A stretch of DNA of 63,010 bases, the filler included, from Rozella allomycis CSF55 (taxonomy: Eukaryota), in the NCBI GenBank assembly GCA_000442015.1. It is 6 parts of 6 records of this genome, joined end to end, with 100 filler letters (N's around TTAATTAATTAA, not from the genome) between each part and the next. Parts side by side here need not be neighbours in the genome. Positions count along the whole stretch, not along the records: positions 35,491 to 55,079 come from KE560927.1; 5 more parts are not named here. The stretch is one strand, 5' to 3'. Positions 36,733 to 51,070 of this stretch are shown here, piece by piece. The stretch's first letter is position 1. Each line of letters opens with the position of its first letter. The position numbers and the translations under genes were made by a program. The notes beneath the pieces were generated by a model that saw only the letters and a list, made by a program, of their open reading frames with translations, ran no database searches and was not told where the DNA came from.

Positions 36733-39700
36733 CTAATAGTTCCTCTTCTTTTTAACGGCAATAGCAGCCCCCAACCCAATAAGACCCGCAGCAGCGCCCA
36801 GAGAAGCATACAAAACAGTGTTATTTTCCTTGCTATTATTTTCCTTGCTTTCATTAGATTGTTTATTCTTTTTGATGACTGATTTGACTTGATTAATGTC
36901 ATTGAAGGGAGCCTTGTTGGCTAAAGCGGCAACTTGAGTCAGAGTGTTTTCTGTTGTTACAGTTACAAAATCTGAATCATGTTCGGAGCCTGTGGCTTTT
37001 GAATTTGCGTTGGAAGATGTCGCAGACGTTTTCTTGGTGGATGATCCTGCTGAAAGAGACTTTGCTAGAGATTTCTTTGTAGAGGACTTTCTTGAAGTGG
37101 ATGACTTTCTAGTGGATGATTTCTTTGTAGCGAATTTTCTAGAAGACAATGAAGTTCTGCTTGAACTCTTTGTTGAACTCATAGAACTTGAAGTAGAACT
37201 TGTTGAACTAGTAGAAGATGCTCTTGTGGACCTGCGACTGCCTTGATTTCCACTTACTTCGGGGTCACTATTAACAACAGTAGTTTCACTTGATTCACTT
37301 GATTCACTGGTCTCACTGGTAGTGTCTTGGTTGATATCTCTGCTGTTGTTTGAATAATCAATTTTCGACAGTTTAAACTTGTTGTGAGGTGCATATTCAA
37401 ACATGAAATCAAAGTCAATTAAAGAGGAGGGCCACGAAGAAGGAACAGTGTAAAACAGCTGCTTGGAACAGATATCAAAATGCAAAGAATCTTCTCTTCC
37501 ATCTACACCAATAACATTCATTATAGAATTTATAGATTTTGAGTGGATGCAAAGATTGCTTTCAAACTGAATTTTGATTCTTTGGTTTCTGTAAATTTTA
37601 GAAATCTTGTTGTTGTTTTCAGACGATAGAGAAACATTTAGAGTTGGTTTGAAGACTTGAATCTTGTAGTTTGATGAATAAAGATTGTTGTATTTGTATT
37701 GGAGATTTAAATCATTTAGACCATCAGCTTTTAGATTGTATGGAAGAATTAAATCAAAAGATTCACAGAGATTAACTTTTTGAGATTGATAAAGAGGAGA
37801 AATAATCCAATTACCAAGAATGTTAGATTTTCCATTGCAGAAAGAAGAAGGAAGAGAAACTTTTAGAATGCTTGAAGCTAAATAGAATTTCTGTTTGTTT
37901 AAAATTTGAGGTTCAAATCTTGTAACTTTTTCATAACTAAAATCAGTTTCATAAATAACATATTTCCCATTCTTTATTTTAATATTCACAGATGATTTAT
38001 TTTCAGGCAAAGTAAAACTATTTGTAAATTCTTTTCCATCAATCAAATATTTAATATTCTCTTTTAGTATCAATTCATCAATTGTTGGCAATGTTAAAGT
38101 ATCGCCAGCAAATCCAGCCAAGTTTGCCAATTCAATCTTTTTTGGTTCCTTTACTTTAATCTTAACTGTGAAAGATTTAATTGAATCTCCAATTTTAATT
38201 GCAACTGCTAAATCATGTTCTCCAACTGGAATTGTCTCTGTAGTATAAAAGCAATCTGTATTCAATATTGTATCTGGAAGTTTATCTAAGTGATGGAGAT
38301 AAATTAACAATCTTACCTTTTGGAACTGTCTCTTTCTTTTCATCTTTCTTCACTTGATCTTTCTTTTCATCACTCTTTTCATCACCCTTATCGTCACTCT
38401 TCACTTGATCACCTTCTTTCTCATTCTTTACTACAACTCTATCTTTGTAGTTTCTTTCTAATGACTTGTTATTCAATTTAATGCTAATCAAACTCAATGG
38501 AATACTAGTAGAGTCAACTGGAATATGAACAATAGACCCATAATATATATCATCCAATCCCTTCAATTTAATCTCATCACTTAGCTTCTTCATATCAGTA
38601 ATAACAGGGATACTAACTTTGGCTTCTGAATACAGATTATGATGAATAGTAACAATCTCATCATCACCATTATACGCAAATGGCTCTACCCTATTCACCT
38701 GTTTTCCAGTATGCAGATTCAATACATAATCACCACTCTTTTCTACACACTCTACACAATCAAGCTCAAATGAATTAACTCTATAATACTCTCCCATGAT
38801 AAACTTATCAACTCTTTTATTGGACTGAGCATGCACCAACTCGATATGCTTAAACTTTACTGGCAACACTTTAAGTTTAAACTCTTTGCCTTTGAATCCA
38901 TTCACTCTCACTATCCAATCTCCCTTTGACAAATTATCAACATAGAAATAATCTGCAAACGTCTTCAATTCTATCACTGTATTATTACTAACAGACTTGG
39001 CATTAACTATCCCTTCCTTTACTGAATAAAAACTCAATCTTCTATCAACAATCTTTCTCAACGTTGGTGAATATGAAAATTTAACTGCCAATTTCTCCTT
39101 TTCATAAATTATTAATTCAGAGCCAGTCTTTCTCAGCAACGTTAATTGATAATCATTAAACTGATACTCTCTCCTTCCAATTCTTATTTTACTTTGACCA
39201 GACACAAATCTAGGCAATGTCCATGCTTCATACGATGCAACATTCCTGTCATATTCCATCTCATTATAAACAATCGAATGCGCTCTTGTATAAATCTCAT
39301 CATGGCTAAACAAACCAACTTGTCTCGCATCAACAAGTTGATCATTCACCATCACATAAACATCATCCTGTTCCAATCCAACAGAAACAAATCTCGATAT
39401 CTCTTCTCCATTCTTCTTTAAAACTACTTTATGATACCCCTTCTCCAAATTAGCATTTTTAACTTTCACATCATCCAACATACTACATTTATTATACTTG
39501 AAACTCTTCTTTGCGTTAAACGTTGATCCTGATGAATAATTCTCCAAAAACTCAAAATGTTCAAACTTTAATGAATTCACTGCAACTTCAATAGAAACCC
39601 CTGGCAATTTATCAACTTGGATTTTGTATTTTTCATGATCTTTAGTAGTCTCAAACATTATTTCATTTTGATCTTTTTTATATCTTTTTATTCTTTCTTT

Positions 39701-41614
39701 TCCATTCTTTAAATATTCAGTCACAGAAAACGCTAATTGATCTTTCATATGGACATAAAAGGTATCTCCTTTAATCACTCCACATGGCAACACATCAGTC
39801 GTCTCAGTCTTCATCATCATATTCCTATACTTATAATAAATATTCAAATCTATCTTTTTCAAAGGAACAACAATCTCATTCATATATCCCCTTTGACTCA
39901 ACGCCAACGTAACAGAGTTTGCTTTAGGCAAAGCTTTCAACACAACACTCTCTTCCCTCGTCTCAAACTCAACCTTTTCATCTCCATACTTGGCAATAAG
40001 CTTAATCTTTCTCCTATCCATAATCTCCTTCAATCCCTTTTCAGTTGGAATATCAATATATTGCTCTTGATAAAATTGATTCTCTTTATGGAATATAGTC
40101 TTCAAGTAACAACTAACACAATACACCCTTATCGGTCTAGTCAATTTCACTCCACCAGTCATTATTTGAATAGTCACATCAGATGCGCTTGGAATCTCAA
40201 ATGGCACTTGGTACTTGTTGTCTTTAAACTTTGTCACAATCTCTTCTCTGTCAACTATGTCTTTATTCCACAGTGAATACCATTTAGTTGCTTGCATCTC
40301 CTTCCATGTCACTTTCACCTCAAATTTAACAGCTTCTCCAGACGTAGTTGTCAAAACAGGAAACTTAAAAAAATCTCCTTCAAATACTCCATCCATAAAA
40401 TCACTCTCCACCACCTTAAGATTGTTCCCATGAAAATACTCGAAATTGGGAATCTGCAATTTAAACTTTCCAATCTCCATCATATTCCCATTCCTTTCCA
40501 AGAACACCAAATATTCACCCCACAGTCTTGCATCAGACTCAAAAACTATCCTTCCTCCAGACATCACTCTTCCCTCCATTCTCTCATTACTCTCAATATC
40601 AAGCGCAAAGAATTTAGAAACAGATCGAATTTCACTAGAGTAAAACTTAAAATAATCAAACACGTTTCTCTCACCAACTGCAAACTTCCTCACTTCCTTA
40701 AAATCATCAATAGTCCCAGCAATCTCATCATCAATCCCAAATTCATTGTCTTCTCCATAATCCATACTCATAGTCACCTTGGGCGCATCATTAAACATTC
40801 GGTACACAAAATAGTCGCCATTCTTCAGCAAAGTCACATCAAACACATACTCTTCTGGAAAAAACTCATCTTGCTTCACAGTCACTCGAAACTTTCCAGC
40901 ATTTTTCGCAAAAAACACATTAGCAGGTTGTCCAAATAAAGCCAAGTTCTCAAACGTATACTCAAACTCATCATTCGCACATCGATTCCAATCACGCGTC
41001 TGCTTTTTTTTAAACGATTCACCAGAAAACGTAACCTTATAAACAAGCGTCTTGCCAAGGTCACACGGATGGTACCCCTTGTTATACTTTTCATCCACCC
41101 TGATCTTCAAAGACCTCTGTCTCTTTGCAAAGCTCTTCTCAACAGCCATAGACACAACCTCAACCTTGTAATTGTTATCAATGATCTTGACACTCTTGCC
41201 CCGCTTCATATCAAACACCTGCTGCTTGGTCGTCTTAAAAAAAGGTATACTCCCATGCACACTCTCAACAATCACCTTGTCAACACCACCCAGCACTTGC
41301 ACCGTTCGAATAGACCCTGTTTGCTTGTTATACCGGCACAGATCACCATCAACACTGTCGTCGCCCACTCGAATTCGGACAGAAAATTCTCCATAATTTT
41401 CAGCACAAAAACCGTCCAAACGCTCAAAATACTCGCCAAGAACAGACAAGCGGTACAAGCCGTCGCTTTTAGTAGCACTCAGGTCAAACATCTGCTCAAA
41501 GTCGTCAAGGCTTAAAACCTTTTTGACAGTCTCTGCAGTTGAACTATTTTCTTTTGCTGCGGCACTTGCTGTAGCTAGCAACAGCCAGAACACAAGAAGG
41601 AAATACTCTCGCAT
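36733..41614 (-). CDS. Very large (~1616 aa) type I membrane surface protein
   Basis: A 31-nt intron (38286-38316, GTAAGA...TTAG) joins the 1110-aa and 536-aa ORFs in frame (TVPK|DKLPDT). Signal peptide, long beta-strand-like ectodomain, Ser/Thr-rich stalk, TM (VLYASLGAAAGLIGLGAAIAV) and KKKRNY tail. Confidence 0.85.
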
Positions 41615-42549
41615 TTTTTCTTCGATGTGGCTTGGTGGTGGTAGAATTTACCTAAATTTGGCAACTGCTCCACCAGTAGATTAAATCGATGAAAAAATGT
41701 ATACAAAAATTCGCGTAAAGGAATTAACACTAAATACAGGTTATAAATAATTCATTTACATGATTTCTCCTTTAAAATTAATTGAAGTAATTTTAAGATT
41801 CACAAACCTTTACCGTTATACAACTTTAATAATGGAAACATGACCGCAAAAAGGCGAATGTATTTTACATTTAATAATTAATACACCGACAGTGAATACT
41901 CTAATGTCATGTCTCTAGTCATAAGCAGCATAGTAACCATGTCGGGCAGGAGATAGTCTAGGTTGACGTGTCTTTTAAGTTTTAAACAACTTTAAACAAT
42001 ATCTTAAAAAAGGGTATTTTAGTTTATTTAATTAAATTGAACTTGAGCGCATAACAATGTGCAATCAGGTTGTCTATTTCTACATTATTATCAGTAAACA
42101 TGATGCATGTAGATAAACTCGATTGTGGAAAACGCGGCATTTAGATAATAAAAAAGTTTTACTCCGCGTTGCAGATATTGATTACAGAATGCAATGGTGT
42201 TCTAAATATGTCGTTGACTTTGGCTTTAAGATGCGTAGCAAAATGTGCTCTTCAGCCTCTTGAATTCTTGGTTGTGGGATCCAGTGCAATATTTATGAAG
42301 CTGAACCATTTAACATAAAGTCAGGCTACAGCAATAAAAAAATTTGAACACATTTACAAGGAATAAATTGATGAATAATTTTCATCTATATTATATTCGC
42401 CCCTTTTCTCGGAGGATGTAATGATTTCTCGGACTCGCTGAAAGATGGGGTTTGCATTATGGATTTCTTAATTTGTATTGAATTTATGTACGCTGGATTC
42501 TTCTTGTACTCGTTACATTTCATATTCATTTACCAAAATACCAGCCACC

Positions 42550-43230
42550 ATGTACATCAAACAACTCCCATATGAAATTTTGCACGTAATTTTGTCGCAC
42601 TTGAATCTAAATGACGTAAAGCAAGTATCAAGAACTTGCAGAACACTTCGTTCATTTTGCTTAGACTCTATCCTTCACCAACCACCAGAAATATGTTGTA
42701 CATGGAAATGCCCCTATGTTATCCAAAAGATAATCAACCGTAAATGCGCTAAATTGCTAAACATTCAAATTCTCACAGATATCCTAAACTTCAACAAGGA
42801 AAGGCTTGTAGATTTCCTTCACATCCTGAAAGGACAACACATTTCTCAAAATACTGTTGACTACGCGTTTCAGTTCGCGTGTCAATATGGTCTTACTGAA
42901 TTCCTACATATGATTCAAGAGAGGAAGCAAATATCTTTTAATCAAAAGCTATTTATTGTTGAAAACAGAGTATTGCCGGATCCTTCATCAAACGACAACT
43001 ATGCCATAAGAATCGCTGCGTGTAATGGGCACACTGACATTGTGAAATATCTATTAACTCAAGAAAGGGTAAATCCAGGGGCGAGGAAAAATTATTCTAT
43101 TCGGCATGCATCAAAGAACGGACATGTGGAAGTTGTTGAATTGTTACTTGAAGACTCTAGAGTAAATCCAGGGGCGAGGGAAAATTATGCTATTCGATTG
43201 GCTTCCGAGAACGGTCAGGTAGAAGTTGTT
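42550..43230 (+). CDS. F-box + ankyrin-repeat protein, copy 1 (cut at n43231)
   Basis: MYIKQLPYEILHVILSHLNLNDVKQVSRTCRTLR (F-box), then NYAIRIAACNGHTDIVKYLL-type ankyrin repeats. Confidence 0.85.
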
Positions 43231-43428
43231 NCGCGATACTTTGTTTACAACAATTATAACAAAAGATGTGAAAACATGTAAGCTTACTAGTCTATGTATT
43301 ATCTCGCGAATTTACCTACATCGTTGGTTAAAGTCAAATTTGAGTATTGAACGTCTTATGTATTCAAAATAAGGTATGTAGTATGTACCTTAGTCCTTAA
43401 ACAAATACAGCCACCAAAAATAATCAGC

Positions 43429-44666
43429 ATGGACTTCTCATATGACATTTGGCACTTAATTTTGTCGTATCTTGACTTGAACGGCGTGAAACAAGTTTCA
43501 AGAACTTCCAAAAGGCTACGTTCAATATGCTCGGATTCTATTCTTCATCAAGCACTTGAAATAAGCTGTTCATGGAAATGCCCGCATATTATACAAAAGA
43601 TTATCAGCCATAGATGTGGTAAATCGCTAACCATAGGCATTTGCATCGATATTTGTAGCCAAAACAACCAATGGCTGGTGGACTTTCTTAACGTAATAGA
43701 AGGAAAACACATTTCTAAAGAAACTGTCAATAACGCATTTCTATTCGCCTGTGAATATGGGTTCACAGAATCATTGTATCTTATGATGAAAGATGGGAAA
43801 AACATAAGGTGCAATCAAAAAATCTTTGTTGCTGAAAACAGTATATTGCCGGATCCTTCAACAAACGATAACTATGCGATAAGACTAGCATCGAGAAATG
43901 GTCACGCCGACATTGTTAAATACCTCTTAAGTCAAGAAAGAGTTGATCCCAGTGCATTNCATTCTTTCTTGTTGAAAACAGTATATTGCCGGATCCTTCA
44001 ACAAAAGGCAACTATGCGATAAGACTAGCATCTAGAAATGGTCACGCTGACATTGTTAAATACCTCTTAAGTCAAGAAAGAGTTGATCCCAGTGCATTAG
44101 ACAATTATGCCGTTCGATATGCTTCTTGGAAAGGACATGTAGAAGTAGTCAAACTTTTGCTTGCTGATTCTAGAGTGGATCCGGGTGCAGATTATAGTTT
44201 TGCTATTAGAGTTGCTTCCGCGGATGGACATGTAGAAGTTGTTAAACTTTTGCTTGCAGATTCTAGAGTAGATCCAGGAGACTGGTGTAATTCTGCTATT
44301 CGATGGGCTTCCGAGGAAGGACATGTAGAAGTTGTGAAACTTTTGCTCTCAGATGCTAGTTTAGATCCAGGTGCAGATGACAATTATGCCGTTCGATTGG
44401 CTTCTGAGAATGGTCATATCGAAGTTGTTAAACTTTTGCTCTCAGATTCTAGAGTAGATCCGGGTGCATATGACAATTATGCCATTCGAATAGCTTCAAA
44501 GAACGGGCATATAGAAGTTGTTAAAATGTTGCTTGCAGACTCTAGAGTAGATCCCAGTGAAGACAAGAATCGCGCTATTCGGCATGCTTTTGAAGAAGGC
44601 CATTTGAAAATTGTCCAAATTTTGGCAAAAGACCCTAGAGTAGTTCCTATTACATTGAATAATTGA
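43429..44666 (+). CDS. F-box + ankyrin-repeat protein, copy 2
   Basis: FSYDIWHLILSYLDLNGVKQVSRTSKRLR followed by about seven 31-aa ankyrin repeats. The frame break at n43959 is an overlap duplication. Confidence 0.85.
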
Positions 44667-44944
44667 GTTGCTTAGGATTATTGATTGATTTAATTCTTTT
44701 TCTTGTTTACAGCATGATAATAAACTAGTTACAAGTTAATATTGGGCTTTGGTTTAATTCTCTATTTAACTCAAAAGTTGCATAGAAGTAGAGTATTCCA
44801 TCTCGTTACTCAGATTTATATTTACCCGTTACTCGCGAATATTTATTTACAACTTAAAGGAATTCAAATGTTATTGGTACTTTCAACAATGTTATCTTCG
44901 ACCAGCTTGGCTTTGGGAATTTCAGCAAACAAATCCTCGATTAA

Positions 44945-45450
44945 GAAACTGTCAATAACGCATTTCTATTCGCATTTCGCCTGTGAATATGGGTTCACAG
45001 AATCATTGTATCTTATGATGAAAGATGGGAAAAACATAAGGTGCAATCAAACATTCTTTCTTGTTGATAACAGTATATTGCCGGATCCTTCAACAAAAGG
45101 CAACTATGCGATAAGACTAGCATCGAGAAATGGTCACGCTGACATTGTTAAATACCTCTTAAGTCAAGAAAGAGTTGATCCCAGTGCATTAGACAATGAA
45201 GCTATTCGATTTGTTTCTTGGAAAGGACATGTAGAAGTAGTCAAACTTTTACTTGCAGATTCTAGAGTGGATCCGGGTGCACATTATAGTCATGCTATTC
45301 GAAATGCTTCCGCGGATGGACATGTAGAAGTTGTTAAACTTTTGCTTGCANGTGGAAGTTGTTAAACTTCTACTTGCAGATTCTAGAGTTGATCCAGGTA
45401 CAGATGACAATTACGCTATCGGCGTTTCTTGCGAATATGGACATGTGGAA
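44945..45450 (+). pseudogene. F-box/ankyrin family internal fragment (copy 3)
   Basis: Near-identical to copy 2 from 43718 onward, lacks the F-box 5' end, and has n-joins at 45351 and 45451. Confidence 0.6.
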
Positions 45451-45848
45451 NTTCTATCTGATCATTTTTCACATTAGTGTGACTCGCCTAAACAAGATTT
45501 ACCGCGTGACCTTCATTTACCGTTTTCTGATAATTGATAAATAAATGTACAAACAATTTATTTTAAATATTTCTCACACAAAACAACTGTTTTCTATCTG
45601 GTCATTTTTTGGCATTAGTGTGATTTAATGTAAAATATAATTGTTATCTATAATTCAAAACATCCAGCTATTCATTCTACCGCTTTCTTCTATCGCCAAT
45701 GCGCAAATACATGACAATTCAAGTCCCGGCCAAGTCATTTTAAACTAAGGGCACCGAGCTAATTACATATCAATTCATCTAGTGTCATTTCACATCATAT
45801 CATGGCATGTCATGTCGATAAATAGCGGATATCAGGTCCGGAAATATA

Positions 45849-46895
45849 ATGAGCATGAAACACTTCTCATATGAAATTTGGCACGTAATTTTATCGTTTT
45901 TAAACATAAATGACTTTAAACAAGTTTCAAGAACTTCCAGAATGGTTCGTTCACTCTGCTTAGACTCTATCCTTCATCAAGCTCCAGAAATATATTGTTC
46001 GTGGAAATGCCCATATATTATACAAAAGATAATCAACCATAAATGTGGTAAATTACTAAACATAGACATTTGCATGGATATTCTTAAACGAAACAACGAA
46101 AAGCTGGTGGACTTTCTTAGGGTACTAGAAGGAAAATGCATTTCTCAAAAAACTGTTAATAACGCGTTTCTAATCGCCTGTGAATATGGTTTCAGGGAAT
46201 CATTGGGTCTTATGATGCAGGATAGGAATAGAATACAGTACAACCAAAAGATCTTTGTTGTTGAAAACAGAATATTTCCGGATCCTTCAACAGAAGGCAA
46301 CCATGCGATAAGATTAGCATCGCAAAATGGTCATGTCGAAATAGTTAAATATCTCTTAGCTCAAGAAATAGTCGATCCAGGTGCCGATGACAATTATGCC
46401 GTTCAATTGGCTTGTGAGAATGGTCATATCGAAGTTGTTAAACTTTTACTCTTAGATTCTAGAGTAGATCCAGGTGCATATGACAATTATGCTATCGGTA
46501 TTTCTTGCGAATATGGACATGTGGAAGTTGTTAAAATTCTNCTCATGAAAGAGTTGATCCAGGTGCGTTGGAAAATGAAGCTATTCGATATGCGTCTCAG
46601 AATGGGCGAATCGAAGTTGTTAAACTATTGCTTGCAGATTCTAGAGTAGATCCAAGTGCATATAGCAATAATTCCATNTAGAGTAGATCCAGGTGTAGAT
46701 GACAATTATGCTATTCGAATGGCTTCAAAGAACGGGCATATAGAAGTTGTTAGAATGTTGCTTGCAGACCCTAGAGTAGATCCCAGTGAAGACAAGAATC
46801 GCGCTATTCGGCATGCTTTTGAAGAAGGCCATTTGAAAATTGTCCAAATTTTGGCAAAAGACCCTAGAGTAGTTCCTATTACATTGAATAATTGA
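45849..46895 (+). CDS. F-box + ankyrin-repeat protein, copy 4
   Basis: HFSYEIWHVILSFLNINDFKQVSRTSRMVR plus ankyrin repeats. C-terminus identical to copy 2 (RVDPSEDKNRAIRHAFEEGHLKIVQILAKDPRVVPITLNN). Confidence 0.85.
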
Positions 46896-47136
46896 GTTGC
46901 TTAGGATTATTGATTGATTTACTTGTTTTTCTTGTTCACAGCACGATAATAAACTAGTTACAAGTTAATATTGGGCTTTGTTTATCTTTTTTGTTTAACT
47001 CAAAAGTTGCATGGAAGTAGAGTATTCCATCTCGTTACTCAGANCACAGCACGATAATAAACTAGTTAAGAGTTAATATTGGGCTTTGTTTCTTATTTAA
47101 CTCAAAAGTTGCATGGAAGTAGAGTATTCCATCTCG

Positions 47137-48080
47137 TTACTCAGATTTATATTTACCCGTTACTCGCGAATATTTATTTACAACTTAAAGGAATTCAAAT
47201 GTTATTGGTACTTTCAACAATGTTTTCTTTGACCAGCTTGGCTTTGGAAATTTCAGCAAACAAATCCTCGATTAATTGAGATGCATTGTATTACTGGGTG
47301 TTTATTTATGTATTCAAGTTCTTCTTTACAATTTAAACCGGTGCTTATCTTGTGATTGATCCATCTGACTATAAAATCTCTTTTCGAGATGCTCTCATCA
47401 AATGGAATTTCCTGAATTGCATCTAGAATAATACTGCTTTTGTCCTGTATAAGTTTCTCCTTTTCATTTAATTCTTTCTGTAGATTCAGTATTTTATCAT
47501 TCATCAACCACTCCTTGTCCTTCAAACTCTTAACTTTTCTACACAAGTCCTTCACTTGTTCTCCGAGTTCATTACAACGCTTTTCTAGATCCTTCTTTTC
47601 ACGATTCTTATCATCTCTCTTTCTATATAGTTCATTATAGTGTGACTCTTTCAATTTCAAAGACTAGTTACTTTAATACGAATCAAAACGGGGGCTATGA
47701 GAGAATAATTTTGAGAGACCTGTTCTATTATGAGATTCAGTTCTGCCATTTGATCATCAGGATTAACCATTGCTGCAGATTTAATGTCAAAATTATCAAG
47801 TGCCAAGATTAAGAGTGATTATGATCACTTACTTGAATGAACTTATCTCTTAATGAAATTGGATCTTTAGAAGAAATATGTCCATGTAATCGTATTTTAC
47901 TTTTAAATGCATTGGCTGTAAATGGGTCCGAAATCTTGTCGAAAATTTGTTTTCGAATGGGTAAATTCATTGTTATGTGGTCATGAATGGGGACTTTGCA
48001 TTCACTAATACGACTTGGTGTCATCCTAATGGTTCTCTTGGTAACTTGCTTCAAATCAAAATACCAGAGAAACCTGCGGC
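47137..48080 (-). CDS. Unknown coiled-coil protein, multi-exon
   Basis: Coiled-coil exon at ~47300-47660. Two 28-nt introns extend it to HP|DLFAEISKAKLVKENIVE|IVNKYSRVTGKYKSE* (stop at 47137). 5' exons uncertain. Confidence 0.45.
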
Positions 48081-48929
48081 TTAAATTAAAATCTTGATCT
48101 ACTAAAGATTCTAATAAAACAATTTAAGACATCGACATTCTCTTAATAGCCTAGAAATGAATCATTGAAGTCGCTAATCTTCATCTTCGACATTATATAG
48201 ACATCAGTTTACATGAAGGAAGAATCAAAAATATGTCGACGCCAGACTAGAAAATTACAAAATTTGTGAATCCTTTATTGTTTCCAGTAAAATAATGATC
48301 AAAAATGAGGTATTCAGTTCACACAAAACGGACATCAAATTGCTTGGATTGAAGCTGGCTTCGTTCACTTTGTAATATCTAATTATGTAACGAAAAGGGA
48401 AAATATTAGCCAACGGCCCAACCCTCGAAATGGTGAATATGATGAAAGATTATTTAGTTTTTTGAACAGTCCAAAACAAAAAGAAGTTTCTCGGAACTCG
48501 AAATGCTGTTAACTCTACGGCATGGGAATATAAAATATTACATTTATATTTTATTCCAGACAAAATCAGTTGTAATCAGAGGTTTATGCCGATATGGATG
48601 TCAACGATTCAACATCCAAATATCGATCTTAAGGTAGTACAAGTAGTTCCAAAATATAATTACAACATTCATCATTGAGGATCTAAAATCTAAATTCCAA
48701 AATCTAAAGTTACGCAAGTCGCTATACAACGTCATGTCAGCATGGAAATCATAACCTTCTCTGAGTCGCTCTTCATCACTATTAGAACAAACAGAATTTA
48801 AGGCTCGTATTTTCATACGATTCATGTTTCATTCTTAGCCAAGTTCTTTTTATTTCACTTATTTAGAATTATATAGTCGGAATGGTGAGCATCATTAAAA
48901 TTAAAATAGTTAAAAATCTTTTAATGAAA

Positions 48930-49245
48930 CCAAGAGATGACCCAGGTGAATGTGCCACTGAAGCCATTTGACATGCTTCCTTTATAGGTCATGTAGATGC
49001 ATTCAAAATTTTAAATGCTACATTGCTTCTTGGGATAGATCTGATTCGGACGACGCTGACTGTTGATTCTTGAATAAGTATCATTAAGGGGTTGCTTGTA
49101 GATTACTAGATGGATCCTACTGTATGTGTAAATATTATTTTTCGATTGTTTCCACACAGGGTCATGCAGAGATGTTAAAACTTTTACGTTCAGATTTTTT
49201 GTAGTTGGAAAGGTTATGTAGAAGGTGTCAAACTCTTGCTTGCAG
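48930..49245 (+). pseudogene. Degenerate ankyrin-repeat remnant
   Basis: Eroded matches to the local repeat DNA (ggtcatgtagatgc, ggtcatgcagagatgttaaaactttta, atgtagaaggtgtcaaactcttgcttgcag) with stops and frameshifts. Confidence 0.45.
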
Positions 49246-49301
49246 GTCTATTACTAATTTCTAGGTTTATGGTATAGACTTTCATTAACCAAGCCACCAT
49301 A

Positions 49302-50300
49302 ATGAATTCTGGAGACTTCATCCACGTCGAAAACCAGCTTGTTGCCTCAACCATGGATGTCCACAAACATTTATTTGGGATAATTATATCCCGGGATGGA
49401 AGCGATCTAGGCGTTCTGGCCATTCGAACACAGGGAGATCCGAGTAATGAGAGCATTGTTCTTCTTGATTCTATGGGAGGTGTCAATCAATCTATCTTTT
49501 CTGTCAGAAATGCTAGGCATGATCTAAGCGTGAAGTTGAATTCAATGTTCTGGATTAACGTTCGAAAGCTGAGATTGAGAAGATTAAACAATAGCCTTCA
49601 ACCAGAATCGTTGGAGTTACTTCGAAGACTTCATTGCTCATATCTTTTATGAGGTAGCGCTGGTCAAACACCAAGTGTTTCCACTGTTGTTTCTCCAATG
49701 GAAGTTTCTCGATATCGGCGAGTGTCTTCCATGACTGATCAAACAGAACATGGTCATTTGTCTATTANAGAACCGAGTAATGAGAGCATTGTTCTTCTTG
49801 ATTCTGTGGGAGGGTGTCAATCAATCTATCTTTTCTTTCAGAAATGCGAGGCGTGATCTAAGCGTGAAGTTGAATTCAATGTTCTGGATTAACGTTCGAA
49901 ATCTGAGATTGAGAAGAGTAAACAATAACCTTCAACCAGAATCGTTGGAGTTACTTCGAAGATTTCATTGCGCATATCTTTTACGAGGTAGCGCTGGCTA
50001 AACACCAAGTGTTTCCACTGTTGTTTCTCCAATGGATGTTTCTCGATATCAGCGAGTGTCTTCCATGACTGATCAAACAGAACATGGTCATTTGTCTCTT
50101 AGATATTCATTTTCAAGAAATGATGGTTCTGATCACCCGATGGGTAGAGAATATAATTTGCGCCTGGAAGGTCCAGAATCAGAACTCTATTTTATTCCTC
50201 GCCAACTTCTCCAACTCCATTTCTACCACAGAGCCCATATCGCCTTCCCTTCTTCAACTNATTTGCACAGATTTGCTTATGGATACAGATTTGAGATTTG
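49302..50300 (+). CDS. Unknown ORF, with ~330 nt duplicated around n49768
   Basis: ATG preceded by GCCACC; 49440-49767 is nearly repeated at 49772-50098. Stops present; no family recognised. Confidence 0.3.
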
Positions 50301-51070
50301 ATAATCTAATTGACGATGAATGCGAAATTGGACATGTCGGAAATCAAGATATCGTTTCGGCCAACAACATGCAGTATTCCCATGTGGTCTCCCACCATAG
50401 TACTAACTACGCCAGCACCAGTTTAACTTCGGGGATCAGACGAGACCCGGTGCTTTCTGGTGTGTACCAATTTCGCATTCATCGTCAATTAGATTATCAA
50501 GTCTCAAATCTGTATCCATAAGCAAATCTGTGCAAATGACACGGTCATTCTTTGTAAGCTGGCGAGGAATAAAATAGATTTAGTAAGGAAAACACTAATC
50601 GCCTGTTGATTCCGGTAATAAACTTAATATTTGGAGGCTACATGCTGTGCCACTGTCTAAAAAGCGATTAAGTAGTAAATAAAAAATTAGCTCTTTTAAT
50701 GATATTCTGGATGTTTTCAGTTAATGAACTCAGAAAGTTAGATCTCTCATTCATCCCCCTACAATATTATCATACGAATAAAGTATTTTTTTCTGCCAAT
50801 TTAACAATTCAAAAAAGTTTATTTTTACTAGTTTGATCTTGTTAATTCCCATGTAGCATTGCAACATCACAAAATTCTCCAAAGGGAACGGTCATTAAAA
50901 GAATTGCTTTAACATGCCAAGCGGGAATGGATCTCAGTCATACAAAGCCATTTATATTCAAGATACAAAAATTTAAAAGGAATGATTTATCGATGCGACG
51001 AAACAATTATACACTCAGTGTCGAACTTATTAGCAGCCTGCGGTCACCTTGGTTTCAAACATTCCAATTA

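Noticed and set aside
39146..41515. Long antisense ORFs opposite the surface gene (likewise opposite SKI3, RPB2 and CFAP57)
   Set aside because: They are shadows of the strongly skewed sense strand, with His/Leu/Ile/Ser-rich composition and no motifs.
44000..44640. 93-nt periodic repeats as a CRISPR-like array
   Set aside because: They are in-frame ankyrin coding repeats with no unique spacers, in a eukaryotic context.
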